Below, in pieces: positions 9,188-20,700 of a stretch of 63,405 bases of DNA (its first letter is position 1; each line of letters opens with the position of its first letter). The notes beneath the pieces are model-generated. The model searched no databases and was not told the origin of the DNA. It saw only the letters and a list, made by a program, of their open reading frames with translations. Position numbers and translations under genes: made by a program. The stretch lies in the sequence record SRR22947725_3552, one strand, 5' to 3'.

Positions 9188-10150
9188 ATGACTAGAGCTT
9201 TTTTAAACATAGCCATGAATGGATTCATGGAACTCATTCGCCAGCCCATTTATTTGGTAATCATGGTAAGCTCCAATGTATTCATGTTGTTTCTTGCCAG
9301 CCTTTATTATGCAGGCGCAGGGGAGGATACATCCATGGTCCAAGGAGGCATACTGGCTACGATATTTCTATCTGGAATTTTCACTGCAGTATTGGGGGCT
9401 TCTCTCTCTATCGGGGAGGAGATCGAATCTGGCACCGCTCTGACAGTGCTTTCGAAGCCAGTGGGGCGAGTAACTTTCATACTTGCTAAATTCGCGGCAC
9501 TGGCATCCTCACTTGTACTGCAATGCTTCACTGGATGCCTTGCCGCCTTGTTATCCTCAAGAATGGCATTTGATGTCTATGGGGCACCAGACTACCCAGC
9601 CATTGTCATTTACGGGGCAGGCATTGCGCTTGCCTGTATTATCGGGCTGTGCTTCAACTTTTTTGCCATGAAACCGTTTGTGGGCCCCACTGTCATCAGT
9701 ATGTTTTTTTGTATGACTGTCGCCTTCATCACCGCGAACTACGTGGACCGGGATTGGAGCCCACAATCTTTTGGTAAAGATATCGACTGGCGCATGATAC
9801 AGGCTGTCTTGTTGCTTTTATTTGCCTTGTGCTCTCTGGCAGGTTTTGCCATTGCCTGCAGCGCACGTGTATCGCTCATACCCACACTGATTCTTTGCCT
9901 GGCTGTATTCTTGGGCGGTCTGGTCTCGGACCACTTCCTTGGCACGCGCGCAGAAGAAGGTATTTTCTGGGCAAAATGTCTATATGCAATCACTCCTAAT
10001 TGGCAACTTTTCTGGATGAGTGACGCTCTAGCCAATGACAAATCCATACCACTGGCCTACGTCTTGAGATGCGGCCAATACGCCGTAGGAACTCTTGCAA
10101 TCAGCCTTGGCATGGCTGTTCTTTTGTTTGAAGACCGTGAATTGAGTTAA
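9188..10150 (+). CDS. ABC-2-type permease (PilI/XapB-like)
   Basis: EEIESGTALTVLSKPVGRVTFILAKF motif, C-terminal FEDREL, multiple TMs. Confidence 0.8.
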   Translation: MTRAFLNIAMNGFMELIRQPIYLVIMVSSNVFMLFLASLYYAGAGEDTSMVQGGILATIFLSGIFTAVLGASLSIGEEIESGTALTVLSKPVGRVTFILAKFAALASSLVLQCFTGCLAALLSSRMAFDVYGAPDYPAIVIYGAGIALACIIGLCFNFFAMKPFVGPTVISMFFCMTVAFITANYVDRDWSPQSFGKDIDWRMIQAVLLLLFALCSLAGFAIACSARVSLIPTLILCLAVFLGGLVSDHFLGTRAEEGIFWAKCLYAITPNWQLFWMSDALANDKSIPLAYVLRCGQYAVGTLAISLGMAVLLFEDRELS

Positions 10151-10155
10151 AAAGC

Positions 10156-11550
10156 ATGACCGCCTTTAAACCTTCAGCTACGGCTCTTTGCGTCCAACGA
10201 TTACACGCAGTTGCTGCCCTAACGATCAAAGCAGCTTTTCGATTCAAGCTTATCCCATGGTTGTTACTGATTCTAATAACATCCGTCTTTTCTATTCCTT
10301 ATCTGGTGACCCATAACGGCAGCGCGGAGATGTTCGCTCAGGTTCAACTGACCTATTCGCTGATGGCCGCCAGCATCCTCATTGGAGCCTCCACCATCTG
10401 GCTGGCATGTGGTGTCATGTCTCAGGATTTCCAGCGTAATCACATTGTTTTATTGGCTAGCAAACCTTTGGCACGCTGGGAAATTTGGGTAGGTAAATGG
10501 CTGGGAATTTCATTTCTGAATGCAAACCTTTTGGTGATCACTGGCATTTGCATATATGGATTACTCGCATTCCATGCCCGGGATTTGTCCCCAGAAGAAC
10601 AAAAAAGGCTTCAAGCCTCCACACTTACTTCCAGGGCAAGTGTCAAGGAGGCAGCTCCTGATGTGGAACTGGAGGTTGAGCAACTTTATGCCAGACGTAT
10701 TCAGGATCCCGACATCGCTGAGATGGATCCAGCCTATGTGCGCGGCATGCTTCGAGAGGAAGTCCAGTGGATGAATCAACTCGTGAAGCCCATGCATCGC
10801 AGAATTTGGAACTTGAATGCGGGAAGTCAAGCCAAAGGTGCCCCCAACGCACTTATTCAGATGCGCGTGAAATTTTATGCATCCTGGATTGAAGACACAA
10901 AAGACCAACCAACACTGTGGGTTGTTGGCGATCCTAACTCGCCCTCAAAATGGGAAAAGGAACTCAATTTAAGTCCGATGGTTACTCATGAGTGGTCCGT
11001 TCCTGCAAGCTTGATTGACGATAATGGCAATCTCCATGTCGAGTGCCACAACTATACCGAGTCAAGCCTTGTTTTCAAAGTGGAGGACGGATTGGAAGTC
11101 TTGATAAAAGATGGGAATTTCACTTTGAATTATTTCAAATGCTTGCTCGTTCTATTTGCGTGGATGACGTTGCTTTCGGCCTTGGGGTTGTGGGCTACCA
11201 CTTTCACCTCCCTTCCTGTTGCTACTTTCCTTATCTTGACCATCATCTTAATTGCAAGTTCCGATCAACTATTCAAATCCATTGTCAGCGAGGGGACGAT
11301 CTCGACAGTGGAAGAAAATGGAGAAGCTAGTTGGGCTTACCTTGACTGGATCCTTGTGCCCATTTTTACCGTGCTACACTATTTCACTGAAAGTCTGCGC
11401 TCTATCTCCCCCATTGAAAGCCTGATCACAGGCCGCAATATCCAGACCATAGCAATGCTCAAATACCTCGGGATCCTATGTGGCGTGCTGAGCGGTCTTC
11501 TGGCGGGATGGGGGATTTATATTTTTGAAAAGAAGGAAATTGCCAAGTGA
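10156..11550 (+). CDS. ABC-2-type permease with a large extracytoplasmic loop
   Basis: LLASKPLARWEIWVGKWLG motif, C-terminal FEKKEIA; overlaps the next gene (GTGA). Confidence 0.75.
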   Translation: MTAFKPSATALCVQRLHAVAALTIKAAFRFKLIPWLLLILITSVFSIPYLVTHNGSAEMFAQVQLTYSLMAASILIGASTIWLACGVMSQDFQRNHIVLLASKPLARWEIWVGKWLGISFLNANLLVITGICIYGLLAFHARDLSPEEQKRLQASTLTSRASVKEAAPDVELEVEQLYARRIQDPDIAEMDPAYVRGMLREEVQWMNQLVKPMHRRIWNLNAGSQAKGAPNALIQMRVKFYASWIEDTKDQPTLWVVGDPNSPSKWEKELNLSPMVTHEWSVPASLIDDNGNLHVECHNYTESSLVFKVEDGLEVLIKDGNFTLNYFKCLLVLFAWMTLLSALGLWATTFTSLPVATFLILTIILIASSDQLFKSIVSEGTISTVEENGEASWAYLDWILVPIFTVLHYFTESLRSISPIESLITGRNIQTIAMLKYLGILCGVLSGLLAGWGIYIFEKKEIAK

Positions 11551-12980
11551 GCTCAAATTTAAAACTCAATAAATTGACTCATCGTTTTTTAATCCTGGCT
11601 ATGTTTCTAGTTGCCATTTTCTCCAATCACTTTACTCAGAAAAGGCTGAACAGGGATCGCCAGAGGCTGGGATTAACCCGTATGGAACCACTCAAGAATG
11701 CACCTCCATTGCTGGCTTTTTCAAGTGTTGCTTTGGGCGGTTTTCGAGGACTGATGGCAAACGCTCTGTGGTTTCGCGTCACTCGATTACAAGATGAAGG
11801 CAGATTCTTCGAGGCACTGTCACTCGCAGATTGGATCACCAAATTACAACCAACCTTCTCTTCCGTCTGGACCTTCCAATCCTGGAACATGACTTATAAC
11901 ATTTCCAAACAGTTCGAATCCCCAAATGAACGGTGGAGGTGGATTCAGAGCGGAATCAAACTATTGAGAGATGAGGCGTTGAATTACAATGCTCAGTCAT
12001 CGGAAATTTATCGTGAACTTGCCTGGATCTTTCAGGACAAGATCGGAGGGACGTTTGACACTCAACATGCTTATTACAAAGGTCGCTGGGCTACCGACAT
12101 GCGGCGTATTCTTGGAGATCACCCTGACTTGGAAGCTATTGAAGCTTCTACCGACCCTCAGGTAATCGCAAAGCGTGATATATTGTTGAAGAACTATGGA
12201 CTGGACATAACGCGCATGCGGTTAATTCAGGATAACCTTGGGCAATACGATTGGCGCTTACCAGAAACTCATGCAATTTACTGGGCTTGGGCCGGACTTG
12301 AAAATGCCAGCGAAGGTAAACTTAACTTTCTGCGACGAGTCATTTGGCAGTCCATGAGTTTGGCTTTCGAACGCGGTCGCCTGATTGAGAACAAGGTAGA
12401 CCAAAAGCTGGATTACGCACCAAACCTTGAACTAGCGCCATACACACATGCTATGTTTCTGAAAGTTCGAGACGAAGAGGAAGACACCAACTACTACAGC
12501 ACCATCGACAGAGCTCATAAGGAGTTTCTGCAAAATGCATCCTACTATTTTTTCCTGCACCATCGACTCGCGGAATCATCCGAATGGTTCGGTGAACTTA
12601 AATCGCGCTTTCCCGACTCTTTGCCAAAAGGAATCAGTCTGGAAGAATTTGCCCTCAATCGATTCGAATCAAACCTTGTCAAAGCCAACATGAACGAGGC
12701 GCGCGTGATCATCAACGGATTGATCAGACAATTTCTTTATTTCCTCGCAATAGGGGATGAGGATCAAGCTCTGGGTTATCGCAACATGTCAGAAATTGCA
12801 TGGAAGAATTACCATAAACCGGCTCAGCGCTCAACCGAGAGGCTCGCACTTCCCCCATACGGAAAATTACTTAGGAACATGCTGCAGCGTATTAATCAAG
12901 GTGAGGAAGGGTTCAGTGAAGGAATGATCGCTGCCTTGAAAACGCGAGTTGAGATTTCACCAGAGACGAAAATCGAATAA
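11547..12980 (+). CDS. Conserved membrane-anchored helical protein (PilG/XapA-like ABC accessory)
   Basis: N-terminal TM; LGGFRGLMANALWFR...ITKLQPTFSSVWTFQSWN resembles the PilG/XapA-type signature from memory. Confidence 0.55.
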   Translation: MSSNLKLNKLTHRFLILAMFLVAIFSNHFTQKRLNRDRQRLGLTRMEPLKNAPPLLAFSSVALGGFRGLMANALWFRVTRLQDEGRFFEALSLADWITKLQPTFSSVWTFQSWNMTYNISKQFESPNERWRWIQSGIKLLRDEALNYNAQSSEIYRELAWIFQDKIGGTFDTQHAYYKGRWATDMRRILGDHPDLEAIEASTDPQVIAKRDILLKNYGLDITRMRLIQDNLGQYDWRLPETHAIYWAWAGLENASEGKLNFLRRVIWQSMSLAFERGRLIENKVDQKLDYAPNLELAPYTHAMFLKVRDEEEDTNYYSTIDRAHKEFLQNASYYFFLHHRLAESSEWFGELKSRFPDSLPKGISLEEFALNRFESNLVKANMNEARVIINGLIRQFLYFLAIGDEDQALGYRNMSEIAWKNYHKPAQRSTERLALPPYGKLLRNMLQRINQGEEGFSEGMIAALKTRVEISPETKIE

Positions 12981-13014
12981 ATCTGAATTTCCTGCGCTTG
13001 ATGGCCACTCATAC

Positions 13015-13755
13015 TTACCACCATTTGAAAGATGGATCTGGTCTAGGGGCATTCCCATAATTCCATTCGTAAGCTTCCAACGGAAATTGAAAAAATTCAG
13101 TGTGAGAATCTCCAAACAATACATTGAAACGATATTCTCCTTTGAAATTATGCCACTGACTTTCTCTATCGTTTTTATTTCGATCTGCCCACCATGGCCA
13201 ATCTCCGGTAACCAGTTTATTGGATGGGCCCTTGATTAAGGCAGAACCTTTCATGGGTGTGGCCTGCGGAGTGCCTTTTGCAGCCCTGGAATCACCTGTT
13301 ACATGCTGAATCCTCAGCGTTTCTACGGCCCAAACCGTTAAGTAACTATTACCCCATGCGTCGAAACATGTTTTGGTACCTTTTGGAAAGTTACTAATCC
13401 AAAGTGAATCCCCTTTATCTGATGGACAATGGTAAGCTTCATCCGCGGGAACGTAGGCATTGAGCGGTCTTCTCTCTCTTGGCACATTCCCTCCATGTAA
13501 GGTCATTGTACCTGTGTTCCCCCCCAGTACTCCCCACTGCTCGTAGGCAGGATAGAAGTCATTATTGTCATCAATATACATGGCAAAGCCCAGACCATGC
13601 TGACGCATGTTGTTGTTACACTTGATCGTTCTAGCCTTTTCTTTGGCCCGCGACAAAGCGGGAAGAAGCATACCGGCAAGAATGGCGATGATAGCGATGA
13701 CCACCAACAATTCAATGAGAGTAAATGCGAGCATGCCCGTCTGGCTTTTTTTCAT
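13015..13755 (-). CDS. Prepilin-type N-terminal cleavage/methylation protein (DUF1559-like)
   Basis: [30 protein letters not shown]-terminal H...NVLFGDSH (variant H-X9-DG). Confidence 0.9.
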   Translation of the reverse strand: MKKSQTGMLAFTLIELLVVIAIIAILAGMLLPALSRAKEKARTIKCNNNMRQHGLGFAMYIDDNNDFYPAYEQWGVLGGNTGTMTLHGGNVPRERRPLNAYVPADEAYHCPSDKGDSLWISNFPKGTKTCFDAWGNSYLTVWAVETLRIQHVTGDSRAAKGTPQATPMKGSALIKGPSNKLVTGDWPWWADRNKNDRESQWHNFKGEYRFNVLFGDSHTEFFQFPLEAYEWNYGNAPRPDPSFKWW

Positions 13756-13814
13756 GGATTCAAAGTGTCTTGAGTGGATTAGATGAACAAGTGCTTATAC
13801 TCTTTTTTTTCAAT

Positions 13815-14573
13815 TCAACGCGGTGTGACCTGCTGAACGGCATTGGGATTTTTCTCTTCTCTAAAGAGGTTCGTGACCACTTTCGTTGCAGGAAGAAACT
13901 CAGCATGACCATCCAAAAACACGTAATTGGCCCCCTGATTGTGTCGTTGAGCAGCCAGGCGACGTTCATTGCTGAGTCGGCTGGTTTGCTGGTTATAGGG
14001 TAGATGACTGGGTTTCCAGACATCATTGAGATTAGTAATGGCATCTCGAATACCAGTCACAATTGGCCGCCATGAACCTGCTGCGTTATCTCCAATATGA
14101 ATACTGTTGGAGGGTTCCTGAAATGCTGTAATTTTCGATGGACCAATTTGCTCAGTACCAATCATATCCTCCTTGTTTCTAAACTTCCATGCATTGATCG
14201 AATAGGTAATGATCTGCTTCTCCTTGGGATTTCGGTTAGGATAACTAGGGCACTTGTATATGCGAATGCCGCTGAAGTTCTCCTCGGTCCCGCCTTCTGG
14301 CATGTAATCCATGTAAACTAGAAACCATGGATGCCCATTGCCGCGAGGAATGGAACCCTCATTTTCGTCTGAATACAAAATCATCGCCAGTCCGGTTTGC
14401 TTGAGATTATTGATGCAGGATATTGCTTTCGCTTTCGCCTTTGCCTTGCCGAGGGCCGGTAACAACATCCCTGCGAGAATTGCAATAATTGCAATGACAA
14501 CCAACAACTCAATGAGTGTGAAACCCTTGCGATTTCTCAAGGCGTCAACAGATAAAGGAAAAGATATCTTCAT
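13815..14573 (-). CDS. Prepilin-type N-terminal cleavage/methylation protein (DUF1559, H-X9-DG)
   Basis: [28 protein letters not shown], exact [12 protein letters not shown] motif. Confidence 0.92.
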   Translation of the reverse strand: MKISFPLSVDALRNRKGFTLIELLVVIAIIAILAGMLLPALGKAKAKAKAISCINNLKQTGLAMILYSDENEGSIPRGNGHPWFLVYMDYMPEGGTEENFSGIRIYKCPSYPNRNPKEKQIITYSINAWKFRNKEDMIGTEQIGPSKITAFQEPSNSIHIGDNAAGSWRPIVTGIRDAITNLNDVWKPSHLPYNQQTSRLSNERRLAAQRHNQGANYVFLDGHAEFLPATKVVTNLFREEKNPNAVQQVTPR

Positions 14574-14722
14574 AGACTTTGCTTACTGACGGCAAGATGT
14601 CATTATCTCGTCGCACTTGGTTTTGGGATTTGTTATTCTTTAGCTGTTTTGAGCACTCAACAAGAGCAAAAAATAATATTTTTTGCTTTCTGGATTTTCA
14701 AACAGATCGACATTTTATTCCG

Positions 14723-17700
14723 CTAATTCAATGGTTTGACAACCATGACCCGGAAAAACAACATGGACGATTCGCGCTCTCTTTGAATCTGGAAAGTCAA
14801 TTCCCCTTCATCAGCGAGCTTGGATTCCAGCAGTTTCCAGGAACGATCCGTGAGATTCGCTTTGGATTGTAAAATATAGGCTCTTCCCGGAACTGTGCTT
14901 AATTCCAGTTGCAAATTCATTGCGTTATCAAGAGTAACCGAAGTGATTTTTGTCACACTATTGAACTCACGAGGATCCGTCCCTGCTTCAAATTCATCAC
15001 GGTTGACATGACCATCTGAATCAGGGTCTGCGTTTTCTCCACTGACCTTAGAATCTGCCCGTTCGCTCAAGGTAAAGAAACCGACCAACCAGTCTTCATA
15101 GCTGACTGAGATTCCTTCCTCTCGAACCCCCACGTTGAGTTGTCTTGTGGTCGTTAAATCACCATCGGTCACGTGAACCTGAAGCAAGTAATCGCCAGTA
15201 AAAGGAAAGCGGACCATCGTGGGTATGAGGGAATCATTTTGGAAGGAAACCCCGCCAGGACCAGATACTTGCTCCCATTGAACCTCAGTAAGCCCGGGCT
15301 GCAATGGCAGGCCATCATCGCTCCATTCACCTTCCAGGGCTACCCATGTTTTTGGTTCGACCCACATTTCGGAAACCAATTGCACTTCAGGCGCCCGGTT
15401 GTCAGGGGACGATTCAGCGTTTATCTGCATGTCAAAGCTGATGTCACTGCTTGTGGCATTGGCTTGATGTATTTCCACGGCAATCACATTCTGCCCTTCA
15501 ACGAGCAGATTCGGATCTATAGAAGATTCAAAAAAAGTATTTTCATCATCCCCACCCACTACAGCCAGGGCAAATGTCTGATGAGACACATCACCTTCAG
15601 ACAGATTATGGCGGAGGATTTCCTGCCCATTCAAATAAACGATCGCGCCATCATCGCGAATCAGGCCAAGTTTCATGCTCTGCACACTCGATGGCCGAGC
15701 TATCTGGATAAATTTACGGAAATAATAAGTGACCGCTTTATCGGACGCGTTTCCTCCGAATGATATCACGGTTCTCTCATCCCCGTCTCCATACCCAAAC
15801 TGAGCACTTCCCGATTTCCAATCGGCATCGCTGAAATCCAAATGAACCCATTGATCAGGCTGAGGCATGTCATCATCCATGTATTTCCAGGCAGAGCCTG
15901 ATGCGATCAGAGTTTGATTGCCTACCTGCCTTTCAACGGTAAGCTTCAGCTGTGAGGTTGAAATCAAGGCCCCATCGGATACGGATAATTCAACAAGCCA
16001 GTCCCCCACCCCGGGAGCAGACACTCGAGTTTGCGCAAGACCTGAGTCTTCAAAATACAAAACACCCGGTCCAGAAATCTGTTTCCAGTGAACGCTCAAG
16101 TTTTCGGAAGATTCAGGCAATCCATCATCCTGAGCTTTCCCATTGAGTTCGAACACAGCTGGTAAGCTCAGCACGGTAATTGCCTGATCTATTCCAGCAA
16201 TTGCAATAGGAGCTTTGTTGCCATCATTTTCGCCCCCCGGAGAAGGTTGATCCTGGCTCGACCGCCAATTGATGGGATCATTCCCATAGGACCGGGCATC
16301 TAGGCGCTCAATGGAAGCTCCAGAACTCAAGCTCAAGTCAGGCCATGGCAGTGTGCTATCATACCGCACCTCATCCACAGCGATCATAGGAACAACTTCC
16401 CCATCAGTTGTAACATTTGGTGTATCTGGGCGCATCAATCGTATGCGTTCACCGTTGGCCTGCAGATTACCCTCAAAGGGCCCAAAAACCCTAACATTTC
16501 CTGGAATGGCAAAGGCAGAACGGAACTGATCCGGACTCACATTCACAATCAGCATGATTTCATCGGGATCCATCGAAACGCCAACAGGAAAGGAAAACCC
16601 GATGCCCTCCACTTTCCATGTATTAGATGGAGCCTCCAAATCAAAAAGAGTGATGCGTTGATTGGAAATATTTTTGATTTCCAGAAATTCCGGTTTACCT
16701 CCGTCCGGTGCATAGCCGATTTCATTGATCACCACAGGCCCCACCAATGGCTCAGCATTCGACGCACCCAAGGTCAATTGGGTTTGTGGAGGGTAGTGCA
16801 CCTGACCGCTGCTGGTGTAATATTGACCAAAGGAAACACCGTTTGCAGAGGCACCAAAGTCAAAACCATGACTGTAACCCGTGAGTTCGCCTTGAGCGTC
16901 AGCAGAAAATAGAAAAACGGATTCTCCAATAGAGCTGAATGTAAAACTGGGATCGATACCGGGTATTGAATTGAAATCAGACTCCGTCACCACCAGATAA
17001 GCACCAGAAGGAATCCGCGTTCCCTGCGGAAAGACATATTTGGCCGGTGTATTTTTATCATCTGTTAGATACCACCCTCCGATGTCGGCCTCTTGCTCGC
17101 CCGGATTAAAGAACTCTACGGAGTCCAATTGAGGCAAGTCCGTGTGGGCTAGCATTTCGGTGATGAGGACACGCGGGAGTCCGGCCTTGATATCCTCTCT
17201 ACCCGGGCTCCCCCATCGTTGACTGGATGCTCGCCACGAGGATGCCTGAGATTGATCCTGTAATTGGGAGGTTTGAAATGGCACAAGAGAAAACCCATCT
17301 CCATCGGGTGTCAAAGACCACGGCTGAACATCATCATACTCGAGTGAAAAAATAATTCCCCCTGCAGCATGCACAAGTGTCAGTCGTTCTCCACCATTAT
17401 TCAAACTACCAGTATAGCTACCGGCAAGCGGCACGGAGGGATAGCGACTTCGGAATTTTGTTTCGTTTTTTGCCAAAACCAGATGAGCTCCTGATTCGAT
17501 GACATAACCGTTCGGGAACGTGAAATCAATGCCGTCAGTAAAAGACACACCACTTAGATCGAGTGAAGTGGAGGCCACATTCTTGAGTTCAATAAACTCA
17601 TAAACATCTTCATCCTCCCCCGTATCATCTGTATGTGGATGATACATGATTTCAGTCACCAGCAGTTCATTAAAGGAGCGTGCAACAATAAAATCTGTTT

Positions 17701-20700
17701 GAGCAAGAGCACTCCACTCACCATTGCTCACCGATCGTGCCGCGAATTGCACATGCTCATTTATCGTGATCGATCCCTGATAAAGTCGTGCACCTGGGGC
17801 GAAGCCACCTCCTGCCAATCTTGGATCGCTTCCATCCAGTGTGAAATAAACCCGATTCGCATTCCCCTTATTCACTTCCAATGGAAACCCATCCTGCACA
17901 ATCCCACCGAACTGGTTCAAGACGGGTGCATTAACATCCGGGTATAGATCATCTCGCTGTAATTGACTGAAAACAATATCGGCTCTGCGCCGTATGAAAT
18001 TGTTGACCACGTTGTTGATCGTACGGATCCAGTTATTGTCTCTTGTGAATGGATCCGACCTTTTGGAATCACCCCAGCGTGCCGATTCTGCAACCACGGC
18101 CCGGTCTATTTCCTCTTTGCGTTTCAGAAAAAGCTCCGTAGCCCGTTCGCGAGTCAAGACACCACCGTTGAACATGTGTTTGTGAATATGGTCGGCGACC
18201 TTCAAACGGAACTCATCATTATCCTGCAGTTTCTGCCATAAATATTGCGGATTAAAATATTGAAAACTACTCCCCGCACTGTAGGGCCCTGTCCGATCCT
18301 GATTCACATTCAACAAAGTATGCTCCGCATCATGCACAAAATGCTGGAAGCCAAAATCACCCAGGCGATTGCGTATCGAATAAAAATTATTTGGCCGGGT
18401 GTTGCCCAGAAAGTTAGAGATTGGAGCGTCCAGGTTTCCGCCATAGAGGATGATCAGCATGTAATCGATTAAGTTGGGCACATCCACCAACACGGGATAT
18501 TCAGGATTGCGCGTCCCATCAGGATTATTCCCCAAGACACGCTGATAAGCGGCATCACTTGAAAATCCTGCCCGTGCCGCATCAAAAAGAGTGCGCCAGT
18601 CTTCGAGGTTGCCATCCGTTGCGTTGATCGTGTAGGGACCCGCTTCTACCTTGACGACATCATAATCGTCTTTATCGCCTCCATAATATGATTCTCCATA
18701 TGACGCCTCGGGGCGCTCCACGGTGTTATACAGGCCCCAGTACATGCCATTAATGTAGAGATGCACATACTCGCCACGCTCAGCGTTGTGTCCCATGGCC
18801 AATTGAAGATCCCGATTGTATTGATCTCTGAGAAAGATACCACGACTGTCTCCCTGAAAACTCCAGGAGTAGTTTTGAAATGTCCTGAGGTCAAATCCAT
18901 CAAAGGATTGAGCTGCATCTTCGCCAAAGACTGGATAATTTAATTTGGGTTCGCCGTATTCATTTCGGAAAAAGAGACGCAGGGCATGTTTGGGATTGTT
19001 CGTACTCCGGCTAAAACCACCTCTTACCCGAATCCCGGCATTGATTTGAAAACCATCCTTTCCGTCCGGATAAATGAGCTCGACCGAACAAGGACGCTCC
19101 CATTGACGGCCATCTCGCGAGGGGTTGGCATAGATTCCGTTTGAAGAACCAAACATGTCATCCAGATCCATTACGATGGAATAGGAGGGAATCGTCTGCA
19201 TGTCCTCGATGATGGTGTCACGATAATCAGGATGATTGACCACCTCAGGATCCATTCCGTAATCAACCGTATTACTTCCCCATTGTGCCGGCCACCCTTC
19301 CGGAGCCCGTCCATTGGAGGCCTGTTGAATCACATCCTCGAGAAAGATGTAGGTCTGGGTATCTGTATTGGAAGGTTCGTATCCTTCGCGAAATGCTCTG
19401 GCCCTTACAGTTGTTGTTTGATTGATGGTGATAGGGTCACCAAAGGTCCGGCCATTGGAGGGGGACGGTTCCGTACCATCCAGTGTATAGCGGATCACCG
19501 CAAACTCCGTTGAGGTCAAGATGGTCAGTTCAAATGGACTCGCGTAAAACCCGCGATCCTGATTAAATTTCGTGTCTGCCACAAAGGCCAAAGATCCTTC
19601 TGCATTGAGTTCTCCCGGTGTTGCCTCAGCGAAATAGTGATTGGCTTTTTCCTCTACCTTGTATTCCGAGAGAGAGGCATCCAGAAAAACATCCGCATCA
19701 TCGGCTGCAGCATTGAGCACCTGAACAGCCAGCAAATTTGAACCTGACTTCAATTCAGACATGAAGCGAGTGATGGCAAAACTCTCCCATTGAGAAGCAC
19801 CGTGTATGCCTGTCGCATTGCTGTTCCACGCAGCATTGCTTGGCGCCTTGTCCCGCGCCACTTCTACTCCGTTCAGAAAAGCAACGAAACCATCGTCATA
19901 CTTCAACTTCAAGGTCATTGATTCCAATTGCGCAGGATCATCAATGCTGAAGGGAATCCGTGTGTAGAAGGACGCGTGCTTTTCGTGCATCTGACTGATA
20001 ATGTCCGTTTGAAGTGCCGAGTTCACTCCGCCTGCGCGGCCTGTGGTCTGAACTTCGAGGCCGCCACTGGCTACATCACCAACCAATCGAAATTTACTTC
20101 CATCAAAGCGGCGAAACCGACCCTGTGCCGCAAAGAGCTCGAGACCGGCTCCCCCTCCCCGTTCATAGAACACAAGACGCAGTGGATATGCCCCGGCTTT
20201 GGCAAATTGCATGATAGCCACAGTGTCAGCAGGCGCTCTGGGGTTTGGAAAAGACATACTTTGGTCTCCCACCTCAAGACTGAATCCATCATCGCTATTG
20301 ACACCGAAAGACCAGTAACCGTCTTCGGGAATGATCACGGTTCCGATTGCCAGAACCACAAAATCATCTTGATTAACCCCGATACTCACACCAGGAAAAG
20401 GTGCATCATCACCATAATTGCCAGCACCTCCTGTATCAAAAAAGTTGAGAACAGGAGCCAACTCGGTAACAGAACCCACTTGTAAAGAAGGAGATTTGAT
20501 CACTGACTCCGCTGTGGTAATATGCACGACAGGCGACCGAGCGTCTATTTTTTGAACGGTAAAACCCGGAGTGAAGGCCTGATACCCAATGCCAGCCTTT
20601 CCCGTAGACCAATGAGCATCAGAAAATCCACTTTGATACCACTGCGTTGATTCAGCAGGACCATCCGCAATACGAAACTTCAAGTCAGCCCCGGAATTCA

